Part shown: in pieces, positions 9,683-19,800 of the stretch
Position numbering within the stretch: the first letter of the stretch is position 1
Layout of the letters: the number at the start of each line of letters is the position of its first letter
NCBI GenBank assembly: GCA_965203355.1
Contig: OZ241889.1
Location: 704,001 to 768,000, forward strand
Length of the DNA stretch: 64,000 nucleotides
DNA from: Candidatus Latescibacterota bacterium
GTDB taxonomy: Bacteria; Latescibacterota; UBA2968; UBA8231
Direction: 5' to 3'
Position numbers and translations under genes: made by a program
The notes under the pieces: model-generated
Told to the model about the DNA's origin: nothing
The model's database searches: none
Seen by the model: the letters and a program-made list of their open reading frames with translations, nothing else

Positions 9683-12133
9683 CTAGCCATCGTCGTAGCG
9701 ATCCAATTCGCGTCTCAAACGGTCCGAGTTTTGGCTGCGGTTGGCTGGCTGGGGCTTGGACGGTGCTTGGCCTTGGTCCTTCCAGCGAACTAGCAGGGTG
9801 CGTACTAGGGCAACGCCAAACAAAAGAGCCAAAAAGGGCGCGACCCAAGCGAGCAAATTAAAGCCCTCGTGCGGCGGAGTGGCTAAGATCATCGGGCCAA
9901 AACGCGCTACATAGCCATCGATGATCTGCTTCCGAGTTTGGCCTTGGTCGAGGGCTGAGCCAATCGCCTCGCGTTCGGGGACCGCGAAGTCAGTACAAAG
10001 ACAGGTGGCTAGGGATTCCCGCGGACAATTACCACAGAGACAGACCATCTCCTCAGCCACGGCCTTGATTTCCGCCGTCGTTGCCGCGCCTACTGGCGAG
10101 AAGCCCAATGCCAACGCCGCGAGCACGGGCGCGTATATACCCGACCTCCGGGCGATGACCGAGTCCATTGCGGTCTCGCGATCGATCCGCGCTAGCCGCC
10201 GGTCTCGCGGCGTGGGCCACATCGCCCACAGTGCGCCCAGCACTAGGACGACAGCACCGAGCCACACGAAGTTGATGAGCGGGTTGATATAGATTTGGAA
10301 TTTGGCACTTTGGTCTTCGGCGGATCCCACCAGAATTACATAAAAGTCCTCGCGCCATGTTGAGTAAATGGAGACTTCAGTAGTGCCTTGGTCAAAAGCT
10401 GGATAGTAGCGTCGCTCTGGCAGCAGCGTACCGAGGAATTGATCGCCGCGATGCAGAGCCAAAGCCGCCGCGGTCGTGCTGTGATTGGCGTTTTCGGCAA
10501 AGGCCAGCGACGCGAAGGTAAGCCGGTATTCACCGACTTGACTCGAAGCCCCTTGGTCAAGGACGACTTCGGCTTCTTGAGTAAAGGCTTTGCCAGTAAA
10601 GCCAGCAAAAAGCAATACGAGTCCAAGGTGGGTCAAATACCCGCCGTAACGCCGCCGATTTTTGGCACAGAGGCGATACAATGCCACTGGATAGGACTCA
10701 CCCGTACTGTGCCGCCGCGCCCGCGCCCCGGCGTGGAATTCGGCAGTGAGCGCGATGAGTACGAAGACGCATAGCCCGAATGACAGCACCACATAGGGAT
10801 CGCGTATGCCAACAATAAAGAAGACCCCGCAGGAAAGTGCGCCTGCCGTCACCGGGAGAATAAAGTTTTTTCGCAGACTCTCGCGGGAGGTGCGGCGCCA
10901 GGCAAAGAGTGGACCAGCACCTGTCAACAACAGAAGCACTAGGCCGATGGGAATCGTGACTTGGTTAAAAAAAGGAGGCCCGACCGTGATTTGCTCATTG
11001 GTCAGTGCCTCGGAGACCAGCGGGAAAACCGTGCCCCAGAACACGGCGAAGAGCATTCCCAAGAGAATCCAGTTGTTGAGCAGAAAAGCCGTCTCGCGCG
11101 AGGCAAATGATTCGAGGCGATTTTCGGCCTTGAGCAGGGGTAGCCGCAGCCACAAAAGCCCAAAAGAGAAAGTCAGCGTCAGGACTAGAAACGTGCCAAG
11201 AAAGGGGCCAATGTTGGATTGGGCAAAGGCGTGAACTGAGGAGATAATGCCACTGCGGGTCATAAAGGTGCCGAACAGGCACAGCCCATACGTGAGAATC
11301 GCCAGTGCCACATTCCACACCTTGAGCATGCCCTTGCGCTCTTGGATCATAATCGAGTGCAGAAAAGCGGTGGCGATCAGCCAAGGCATCAGCGAGGAGT
11401 TCTCCACCGGATCCCAAGCCCAATAGCCGCCCCACCCCAGTTCGACATAGGCCCACTTGCCGCCTAGCAGGAGGCCGAAGCCGAGAAAGGTCCAAGGGAT
11501 GAGCGTCCAGCGTCGCGCCGCGCGGAGCCAAGTAGCGTCCAACCTGCCGGTCAAGAGTGCGGCAATGGCAAAGGCAAAGGGTACGACCATGCCCACCATC
11601 CCCAAGTAAAGCATCGGCGGGTGAATGGCCATGACGGGATGTTGTAGAATCGGGTTGAGCCCGCGACCATCCTCTGGCGTGAAGGGCAGGCGCGAGAACG
11701 GGTCGGCGGCAAAAAGATGCACAATGCAAAAGAAGAAGCTGGTAAAAGATAGGGTCGCTATCGCGTAGGGCATCAACTCGCGATAGCGCTGGCGGTAGAG
11801 TGCCACCAATCCCGCCGAGTAGATGGACAGAATCCAGCCCCAAAACAACAGCGATCCGTTCTGCCCGCCCCACAGTGCCGTTATTAAATAGAACAAAGAC
11901 ATGGCGCGGTTGCTGTTTTCGGCCACGTACTCGACTTGGAAGTCGTGGGAGAGGAGAGCGTGCCACAGCGCGAGAACCGCCAGCGTCAGCAGGCCACAGG
12001 TCGCCAAGACCCCGTTTTCGCCCGAGCGCACCAAGCCCAAGTGGCTACGCCTCGCCCCGAAGGCCGACGCCAGCCCCCCATAGCCCGAGGCTAGGAGTGC
12101 TAGGCACAAGGCAAAGTAGCCGATATCAACCAT
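9683..12133 (-). CDS. ccmF: Cytochrome c heme lyase CcmF fused to a C-terminal CcmH-like domain
   Basis: HPPMLYLG, WGGYWAWDPVEN and SVHAFA; after about aa 650: signal-like stretch, MVCLCGNC, YVARFGPMILATPP and LAWVAP (CcmH features). Confidence 0.93.
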   Translation of the reverse strand: MVDIGYFALCLALLASGYGGLASAFGARRSHLGLVRSGENGVLATCGLLTLAVLALWHALLSHDFQVEYVAENSNRAMSLFYLITALWGGQNGSLLFWGWILSIYSAGLVALYRQRYRELMPYAIATLSFTSFFFCIVHLFAADPFSRLPFTPEDGRGLNPILQHPVMAIHPPMLYLGMVGMVVPFAFAIAALLTGRLDATWLRAARRWTLIPWTFLGFGLLLGGKWAYVELGWGGYWAWDPVENSSLMPWLIATAFLHSIMIQERKGMLKVWNVALAILTYGLCLFGTFMTRSGIISSVHAFAQSNIGPFLGTFLVLTLTFSFGLLWLRLPLLKAENRLESFASRETAFLLNNWILLGMLFAVFWGTVFPLVSEALTNEQITVGPPFFNQVTIPIGLVLLLLTGAGPLFAWRRTSRESLRKNFILPVTAGALSCGVFFIVGIRDPYVVLSFGLCVFVLIALTAEFHAGARARRHSTGESYPVALYRLCAKNRRRYGGYLTHLGLVLLFAGFTGKAFTQEAEVVLDQGASSQVGEYRLTFASLAFAENANHSTTAAALALHRGDQFLGTLLPERRYYPAFDQGTTEVSIYSTWREDFYVILVGSAEDQSAKFQIYINPLINFVWLGAVVLVLGALWAMWPTPRDRRLARIDRETAMDSVIARRSGIYAPVLAALALGFSPVGAATTAEIKAVAEEMVCLCGNCPRESLATCLCTDFAVPEREAIGSALDQGQTRKQIIDGYVARFGPMILATPPHEGFNLLAWVAPFLALLFGVALVRTLLVRWKDQGQAPSKPQPANRSQNSDRLRRELDRYDDG

Positions 12134-12165
12134 AAAGTGTTGGGAAAAACCAAAAGGTATGCGGG

Positions 12166-12600
12166 CTAGCCGTTCGGGCTATTCATCGCCTGCACGTGAC
12201 CTTCGTAGCTTTGTCCCTCGTATTTGGAGGGGCATTTGGCAAAGACGATCTCAGCGGCAAAAATCTGGTCGGCTGTATCGTATTGGCCTTCGAGAACTAC
12301 CAGCGCTTCGTCTTTGAAGGTATCGGGCAGCACGGCGTGGCCGATGTAGCGCACTCGCAAGGTGTGTTCCCCGTCGGTAATCACAAATTCGGGGCGCGAG
12401 CGATACCGGTCCCATTCAATCGAACCGGGCACCACGGTGCTGCCGCCTAGTTGGATGCGCTGGCCCTCGTCTAGCGTTCTGTCCATCAGGGTTTGCAGCG
12501 TCATGTGAGTCGCCGTTGACTGTTGGACGCCAGCGACAAAGAGGTAGATCAAGCCAGCGGCAATGACCAGAGAGCCGAGGGTGAATTTGTGCTGTCTCAT
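12166..12600 (-). CDS. ccmE: Heme chaperone CcmE, CxxxY variant
   Basis: N-terminal TM; LPDTFKDEALVVLEG; FAKCPSKYE (Cys in place of the heme-binding His). Confidence 0.92.
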   Translation of the reverse strand: MRQHKFTLGSLVIAAGLIYLFVAGVQQSTATHMTLQTLMDRTLDEGQRIQLGGSTVVPGSIEWDRYRSRPEFVITDGEHTLRVRYIGHAVLPDTFKDEALVVLEGQYDTADQIFAAEIVFAKCPSKYEGQSYEGHVQAMNSPNG

Positions 12601-12666
12601 AAAAGTAAATCTGCTCAATTTCCCCTTTTTGTCAACGAGTATCCCCGTTGGCGTAAAGGGCCGCAT

Positions 12667-13806
12667 TCATACTTCGAGTACCTTGGGTAGGCTGCATAAG
12701 TTCTCGTAGCCGCCGGCGCAAACGACAACCGTATCCTCGATCCGCACACCCCCCAAACCCCGGTAGTAGAGTCCCGGCTCCATCGTCACGATATGGCCGG
12801 ATTCAAGCACATCGCCGTGCGGGCCGATCCTCGGCCCTTCGTGGATCTCTAGCCCTAGCCCGTGTCCCGTGCTGTGGATGTAGCCCTGCATGTAGCCGTC
12901 TCGCTCTCCCGTCTCGTAGCCGGCGTCGCTGAAAAACTGTTGGATTACTTCGTGAATAAGATGACCTTCGGCGCCCGGACGGATGTGCTCTAAGCCCAAT
13001 TGTTGAGCCTCCAGCACGGTTTTGTACAGATGCCGCAGCGGCTTGGAGGCCGGTCCCTTACAGACGGTCCGCGTCAGATCTCCGTAGTAGCCGCTCGCCT
13101 CATCGCGCGGAAAGATGTCGATGATGATGGTCTCGCCAGCGCGCAAAGGCCCGAAGCCCACTTGGTGTGGGTCGCAGCCTTGGTCGCCGCCGGCGATGAT
13201 GGTATGTTCGCCAATGCTGTCGCAATCCATGAGCGTCTGATGCACCATGCGCCGCAGTCGCTCTGACGTGAGAACGTCGCCGTTGAGGAAGAGTACGCCG
13301 TCGCGCACATCGGCTACACGCAGCCCTTCAATCGCCGTTTCCATGCCTGCTTCGGTGGCCCGCATCGCCCGGCGCACATGCTCGACCTCTGTGGCGTCCT
13401 TAATTTTGCGCTGGGGGAAGAGCGGCTCAGTCGCGATGGCTAGTTCGATGCCTTTCTCCCGCAGAAAATCGGCCGTACCGAGGGGAAAATCAGCGGGCAC
13501 TTGCAGCTTCGCCAAGCCGAGGTCGCGCAAAAGTTCCAACAACACGGCGTTGCTGTTGGGATGTTCTCGGCCTCTCTCCTTGGCCCGCTGCTCGTACTGG
13601 GTGTAAGACAATACCCGATTGACGCTGGCTTGGTCGCGGGCGCGGTCGATCTCGAGGTTGTTGGCGAGCATGAGTTTTTCGCTGGGAGTCCATAGAAAGA
13701 CGAAGGGATCCGGGGCGCGAAAGCGGGTGGCGTAGAATAGATTGGCGCAGCGTTCGCTGTTGCCGATCATCAGCAGGGCATCGGCCCCTTTTAGGTCGGG
13801 CGTCAT
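12667..13806 (-). CDS. Xaa-Pro aminopeptidase (M24 family)
   Basis: GYYGDLTRT, HSTGHGLGLEIHE, TMEPGLY, GVRIEDTV. Confidence 0.93.
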   Translation of the reverse strand: MTPDLKGADALLMIGNSERCANLFYATRFRAPDPFVFLWTPSEKLMLANNLEIDRARDQASVNRVLSYTQYEQRAKERGREHPNSNAVLLELLRDLGLAKLQVPADFPLGTADFLREKGIELAIATEPLFPQRKIKDATEVEHVRRAMRATEAGMETAIEGLRVADVRDGVLFLNGDVLTSERLRRMVHQTLMDCDSIGEHTIIAGGDQGCDPHQVGFGPLRAGETIIIDIFPRDEASGYYGDLTRTVCKGPASKPLRHLYKTVLEAQQLGLEHIRPGAEGHLIHEVIQQFFSDAGYETGERDGYMQGYIHSTGHGLGLEIHEGPRIGPHGDVLESGHIVTMEPGLYYRGLGGVRIEDTVVVCAGGYENLCSLPKVLEV

Positions 13807-13810
13807 GGTT

Positions 13811-15292
13811 TTACTCTGGAATCCTCAGTGCTCGGACCTCAATTCCGGTACCGGGTCGCCAAAACCAGAAAAACGCAAACTGCCTCTCCTCCAGTTCGGA
13901 AACAAAGCGCACAAATTGCTCCAACGAGGTAACGCGTTCTTGATCCACCTCGGTAATCACATCGCGCACTTGAATCCCTTTGTCTGCGGCTAGCCCCTCT
14001 GGATCTACTTCAACTACTACCACCGGCTCCTCGCCTTGTGCAAAACCCAGTTCAGCCGCTAACTCGCGGATAAAACCCAACTCGTCGGCCAATTCAGCGG
14101 GCAAGGTCTCAACTGAAATCCCTAGCTTTGCTAGCCGCTGATGGCCTTGGGAAAGGAGTCGGTCCTCTTCGCGCTCGCCGAGCACCACGGCGACGTGGTG
14201 GATTTGATTTTGGCGCGTGATTTGCAGGTTGACCGATTCGCCGGGGTCGCGGCCGTAGATCAGCGTCTGTAGGTGGTTGGAGTGATTCACCTCAATGCCA
14301 TCAAGCGACAGGATGACGTCCCCGACGAGCAGACCTCCGCGTGCGGCCGGGCTGTTGGGCTGCACATCTCTTAGGTAAACGCCTCGTGGCCGTTCCATGC
14401 CGAGGCTGTGTTCGCGGATCAGCGCTGGGGTCATCTCAGATTCCATGGTCACACCCAAGTAGCCGCGTACGATCCGCCCGTGGACCAGCAGATCATCCAC
14501 CACCTCGTGCGCTAGGTTGATCGGCACGGCTAGTCCATAACCGATGTAGTAACCAGTGCGCGTTGAAATGGCCGTGTTGATTCCTACGACTCGGCCCTGT
14601 AGGTCGAGTAGGGGGCCGCCGGAGTTGCCGGGGTTAATCACGGCGTTGGTCTGGATGAAACTCTCGATGGCGTAGCGGTTTTCTTCGTCGCTTCTGCGGT
14701 TGAAAACACCTGCTTGGCGCCCTAGGGCACTGACGATGCCGTGCGTCAGCGTTGACCCCATGCCCAAGGGATGGCCAATGGCCAGCACCCAATCGCCGAT
14801 TTGCAAGTGGTCTGAGTCGGCCAACTGCACAGTAGGTAGCCCCTGCGCCTCAACCTTGAGCAGGGCGATGTCAATCAGCGGGTCAAAGCCGATGATCTTA
14901 GCCCGAAAGGTGCGGCGGTCCGAGAGGGTGACTTGGATGGAGTCGGCCTCAGCGACGACGTGGTAATTGCTCAGAATGTAGCCATCGGCGCGAACGATGG
15001 TGCCGGAGCCTATGCCGCGAAAGTCTTCGGGAATCTCCGGGTGGAAGGGGGGCAATGCGCTCTTTTGCCGCGATCGGGTCGTCGCCGCGATTAAAACCAC
15101 GGCTGACTTTGCTTGTTCGTAGGCGTGGCGGAAAGCCCTGCTGAGGTCCGCGATTGGCGAAGTGTTCTCCGCCGGCATTTGCGCCCCAGCCGGGCGTGTG
15201 CCCGCGAGCAACGCGGCAATAAGCGCACCGCTCACCCACGGACGACAGATGCTGAGGTTGTCGCGCCTGACGGCGCGGTGAGGGGGCTTCAT
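13811..15292 (-). CDS. HtrA/DegP-type periplasmic serine protease with two PDZ domains
   Basis: SNYHVV, DIALLKV, INPGNSGGPL; PDZ-like C-terminal half; signal/TM segment. Confidence 0.93.
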   Translation of the reverse strand: MKPPHRAVRRDNLSICRPWVSGALIAALLAGTRPAGAQMPAENTSPIADLSRAFRHAYEQAKSAVVLIAATTRSRQKSALPPFHPEIPEDFRGIGSGTIVRADGYILSNYHVVAEADSIQVTLSDRRTFRAKIIGFDPLIDIALLKVEAQGLPTVQLADSDHLQIGDWVLAIGHPLGMGSTLTHGIVSALGRQAGVFNRRSDEENRYAIESFIQTNAVINPGNSGGPLLDLQGRVVGINTAISTRTGYYIGYGLAVPINLAHEVVDDLLVHGRIVRGYLGVTMESEMTPALIREHSLGMERPRGVYLRDVQPNSPAARGGLLVGDVILSLDGIEVNHSNHLQTLIYGRDPGESVNLQITRQNQIHHVAVVLGEREEDRLLSQGHQRLAKLGISVETLPAELADELGFIRELAAELGFAQGEEPVVVVEVDPEGLAADKGIQVRDVITEVDQERVTSLEQFVRFVSELEERQFAFFWFWRPGTGIEVRALRIPE

Positions 15293-16854
15293 TGGAGGTC
15301 GTATTCGTTCAGTTTCCGATAGAGTGTGCGAGTGCTGATGCCGAGGATAGCGGCGGCCTTCCGGCGATTGCCGCCGACCCGGTCGAGGGCCTGTTCAATG
15401 GCTTCCCGCTCGCGGTCTTTGAGCGAGGGCAAAGGCTCAATAGCTGCGTTTTCGGGGATGCGCACTGCCGCGGATTTCTGGGATTCAGCGGGATGGTAAG
15501 GGGTGTCCTCAACTGGATAGATCGGTTCCTCGGGCGAGACCGGGCGAACGCCCCTTGGTGCTACGGGAGACGTAGAGGACGGCATCACGGAGGTATTGCG
15601 CTCAATCGCGGCCCTTAGCTCGGCGACCTCGCGCTTGAGGTCCAAGAGCGCAAAGTAGATCAACTCACGCTCAGACTGGTCCGGCGTCTTGTTGGTTGGC
15701 ACAGGCAAGTGGCGCGTGGGCTGGAGCCCGAGATGGGGCGACAGGTCTTCGGGTTCGACGAGGGCACGCGGAGCGAGGAATACCAAGTGCTCGATTAGGT
15801 TGCGCAGCTCGCGCACATTGCCAGGCCAAGCATAGTTTTGCAAAAGATCCACTGCCGCCGCCGAGAACCCTTCTAGACGGCTCTTGTTGTTTTGGGTCAA
15901 CTCGCAGATGAAGTGCTCAATCAAAAGGGGAATGTCCTCGGCTCGGCGGCGCAGCGGCGGAATGTCGAGCTCGACGACCTTGAGTCGGTGGTATAGGTCG
16001 AGGCGGAATTCGCGCTGGTCAACCGCCTTTTGTAGGTCGCGGTTGGTCGCGGCGATGACGCGAATGTCCACCGAGATAGGTTCGCTACCGCCGATGCGGA
16101 CCACCTCGCGCTGCTCGAGCACCCGCAAGAGGCGCACTTGCGCTGCTTGCGACATCTCGCCGATTTCGTCTAGAAAGACCGTTCCACTGTCCGCTTGTTC
16201 AAAGATGCCTCCGTACCGAGTGTGTGCGTCGGTAAAGGCTCCCTTTTCGTGCCCGAAGAGTTCGTTTTCCAGCAGACTTTCTGGAATGGCGCCGCAGTTG
16301 AGCGGACGAAAAGGACGTTCGCCTCGTCTGCTGTAGCGATGTAGAGCCTCGGCAACTAAGTCCTTGCCCGCGCCGCTTTCGCCCGTTAGGAGGATAGAGG
16401 AAACTGGCGTTGGTGCCACGATTAAGATGCGCTCGCGCAGTTGGCGCATTAAGGGCGACTGACCTACCAGTTCGGCCCCGTGCAAAAAGTCCCCGCGATC
16501 TAGTAGTTGGTCCAGGTGTCGACGCAGAACTGGGGCCTCAAAGGGCACGGCAATTTGGTCTTTGAGAGGCGAACCCCACAAAAGTCGGTCCCAACTTTCA
16601 TCGGCGTTGCCCAAGCCTAGCATGGGCACATCGCGGTACTGGTCGAGTGCGGCGACGCCCTCTGCGAGGATGGCGGGTGGGAGTTCCAGATCAAATGCGA
16701 CCAGATCCACTCCGCGCCGCAGTAACCGCCCAAGCGCATCGCCGTTAGCCGCGCTGAGTGTGCGCAGCCGCACGTCGTGGACTGCGGACTTGAACTCCGC
16801 TTCCAACTCTGCTTGCTGAGTCAGGAGTAGAATGCGACGTTGAGTTGGGGCCAT
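15289..16854 (-). CDS. Sigma-54-dependent transcriptional activator (degenerate receiver, AAA+, Fis HTH)
   Basis: GESGAGKD, ELFGHEKGAFTDA, FLDEIGE, WPGNVRELRN, AAAILGISTRTLYRKL. Confidence 0.93.
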   Translation of the reverse strand: MAPTQRRILLLTQQAELEAEFKSAVHDVRLRTLSAANGDALGRLLRRGVDLVAFDLELPPAILAEGVAALDQYRDVPMLGLGNADESWDRLLWGSPLKDQIAVPFEAPVLRRHLDQLLDRGDFLHGAELVGQSPLMRQLRERILIVAPTPVSSILLTGESGAGKDLVAEALHRYSRRGERPFRPLNCGAIPESLLENELFGHEKGAFTDAHTRYGGIFEQADSGTVFLDEIGEMSQAAQVRLLRVLEQREVVRIGGSEPISVDIRVIAATNRDLQKAVDQREFRLDLYHRLKVVELDIPPLRRRAEDIPLLIEHFICELTQNNKSRLEGFSAAAVDLLQNYAWPGNVRELRNLIEHLVFLAPRALVEPEDLSPHLGLQPTRHLPVPTNKTPDQSERELIYFALLDLKREVAELRAAIERNTSVMPSSTSPVAPRGVRPVSPEEPIYPVEDTPYHPAESQKSAAVRIPENAAIEPLPSLKDREREAIEQALDRVGGNRRKAAAILGISTRTLYRKLNEYDLQ

Positions 16855-16876
16855 GGTACTCTCTGTGGGTGTCGCT

Positions 16877-19800
16877 TCAGTTGAAGGTCTCTAGCTGGCG
16901 GCGCAGGGCATCGATCCGCTCGCGGGCTAGCTGCCCCTGTGGGCTCTGGCCCCCTTCGCGACGTGTGATGCGCTCGTAGATGGTCATGGCCGTGGCGTGT
17001 TCGCCCAGCGATTCGTGGCAGCGGGCGCGCTGGAAATCCGCCGAAGTGATCCACATGCTGAGTCCTTGGCTACCGTGGTAACTGACTTTGTAATAGGCTT
17101 GGATCGCCTTGCGGTACTCGCCCATGTTCTGATAGGATTCGCCGATGTAAAACCGGGCTTCTGAAGCACTGTTGCCATTGAGTAGCTGTTGGGAGAGCAG
17201 TTCGTCTAGCTGTTCAATGGCTTGGGCGTATTGGCCCTTATTCTTGAGGATGATACCCAGTTCGAGCTGGACCTCAATGGCTTTGGGGTGCTCGGGGTAC
17301 TGGCTCAGAAGCTGATCGGCCACTTGGTGAGCGGCCTCGTACTCGTGGGCGCTTTGGTAGCTTTTGATCAGTTTCCACATCGCATCTTGAGCCTGATCAC
17401 TACTGACTTCTGGCGCGTCCCAGGCGTGTTTGTAGGCTCCTGCCGCTTGTAGGAAGTTGTGCAGCGAAAAGTGGTAATCCCCGAGGCGCAAGTAGGCGTC
17501 GGCTACCTGAGGACTCGTCGGATATTCTCGGACAAAGCGCGATATGGCCTCCAAGGCGAACATCGCCCCCTCCTCGCTGGGCGTCGCCTTGTTTCGTTTC
17601 CACAGCGTTATAGCCATCCAATAGGCCCCGTCGTCGGCCCACATGCCGCCTTGCTTTTCCACCTCTTGAAACAGTTCGTACGCCTTTTTGTAGTTGCCAG
17701 CCTGTAAATAGTAATTCCCTTCTTCAACCCGGAAGTGCTGACGCCACGCCGTTTCTTCCTTGAACCGCTTGGCAAACCGCTTGGCTGCCTTGCGCCCCTC
17801 CTCTATGCGCTTGAGTCGGAACAAGGCGAGGACGGCTTGTCCGTGAATTAGGATGTCCTCGCTTTGCTTCAGCAAGGGCTGATAGAGTTGGTAGGCTTGG
17901 TTGTATTGCTGGCGGGCAAAGGCGACGTGGCCGGCCCGCGCCGAGGCTTCGGTCGCCAATCCGCTGGAGGCAGATTCTTGGCTGACCTTGCGGAAGAGCC
18001 GAAGGGCGTCGTCTTCCTGACCTAACTTCAGTTGCAGTACCGCTTGGGCGAAGTAGATGCTGTCTAGTCCAGCCGGGTTTGGCTCTTCGGCGAGTATTTG
18101 CCGATAGGTCTCCATGGCCTCGCCATAGCGGTTGAGATGGTGGTAAGCGCGGCCAATTCGTCGCAGGATCGGACCTCTGTCGTCGGAGACTGTCGAGTTG
18201 GAGACCAACGGTTGATACAACTCGATGGCGGCGGCGTATTGGCCGAGCTGAAAATAGGTATCGCCCAACAGTTTCTGAGCAGCGCGGCGCTGGGGAAAGG
18301 CCGGATAACCCCAGCGCAACTCTTGCAGTCGGGCAATAGCTTCTTGGGTCCGCTCTTGCGCTAAACGGATATGGCCCAGTTCAAAGAGCACAGGTGCCGT
18401 CAGCGGACTGTTGGGATAGTCCCGCAGAACGCGCTCGAGCAAATCGGCCGCTGCTTTGTGTTGGCCTTTTTCCACTAGGCAAAGACTCTTTCCGTATAGA
18501 GCGTGGGGTACGAGTGGACTGTCAGAAGAGAGCTGGCGAAGCTGATCGTAGGCCGCAATGGCTCCGGCGAACCAAGTAGTGTCGGTCGCCCCGAGCTGGC
18601 GGCGAGCATCGCCTAGCTGCAAAAGGGCTTGCGCTAGATGGGCACTGCGCCCGTCGGAAAACTCGGCGACGAAAGCGGCAATCTCCTCTTCGAGCGTTGG
18701 TAGCCGCAGTGAGTCGGGGCGGTCCTCAGCTTCGAGTTTAATGAGGCTAAGCCGTGCGCGCTGCGCCCAAGTGTTGTCGGTGGGGGTTTGCTCGGTGAGA
18801 ACGCGGTATTCCCTTAGAGCTAGATCCCGTAGCGAGTCTGCGCTGGCAGGCTGCGCCTCTAGCTGGCGTTGGCGGGCGAGTCGGAGCAGACTTTCGGCTA
18901 GAAAATACTGCGCCTCGTCGTTGTAGAGGGCGTCTGGATAGGCCGTGGCATAGTGTTTGAACGATTGGGCGGCTGCGATAAAATCGCGATGCGAGAACAG
19001 GACTCTAGCGACCGCTAGCTGCACTAGCTGGCGCGACTTGCCGCTCAACTCATCGAGCCAAGCTTTTTGCAAGGTCCGGTTGAGACCGGCCGGGTCCAAG
19101 ACGGTAAATTCGCGCAGATATTCGATTCGCTGGCGCACCGCCTCGCTCTGGCGGTCGGCGGGGAAGAGTTCGAGGAAAACCACGTACTCGCGCAGTGCCG
19201 CACTCGGTTGTCCGCTTTGCTCAAAAGTTCGGGCGAGGGCAAATTGCGCTTTAGCTGCCACCTCGCTCCGACCCGAAGCTAGCTGGCGATAGAGAGATAT
19301 GGCTTCTTGGTAGTGGCCGGTTGAGGCATAGAGTGCGGCGAGTTCGAAGCGTACGGCGTCGGCATCGGCGGCCTCATCGGCTTCCCTTAGGTAGCGGCGG
19401 TACCAAGTTATCGCACGGCTGTGGAAAGCAGCAATCCCCTCTCCGAAAGTCAATGATCGCAGCGAGTCGGCCTCGCTGTCGCCGCGCCGTTTGTAGAGGG
19501 TGCCTAACTCCCGCAGCGCACTAATGGCTTCGGGACTGTCGCCAGTCTGGATCAATCCTTGAAAAAGGCCTGCTGCGCGGGCGAATTGTCCGGCTTGGCC
19601 CAGAACGATGGCTCGGCCCAGTTGCGCCTTTAGGTACGCAGGGTGTCCAGGTTGGATCATGGCACTCAGTTTGTCGTAGTGGGCGATGGCTTCGCTCGTC
19701 TGATGACTCTGGCGGCGGGCGTCGGCCAGCCCTAGGAGTGCGCTTTCTTTGAGAGCACTGTCGCCGATTTTGTTAAAGGCCCGCTGATAGGCGTCTCCAG

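Noticed and set aside
10995-11966. 323-aa alternative-frame ORF inside ccmF
   Set aside because: Same-strand shadow frame, Arg/Pro/Ala-rich, no motifs; typical of GC-rich DNA
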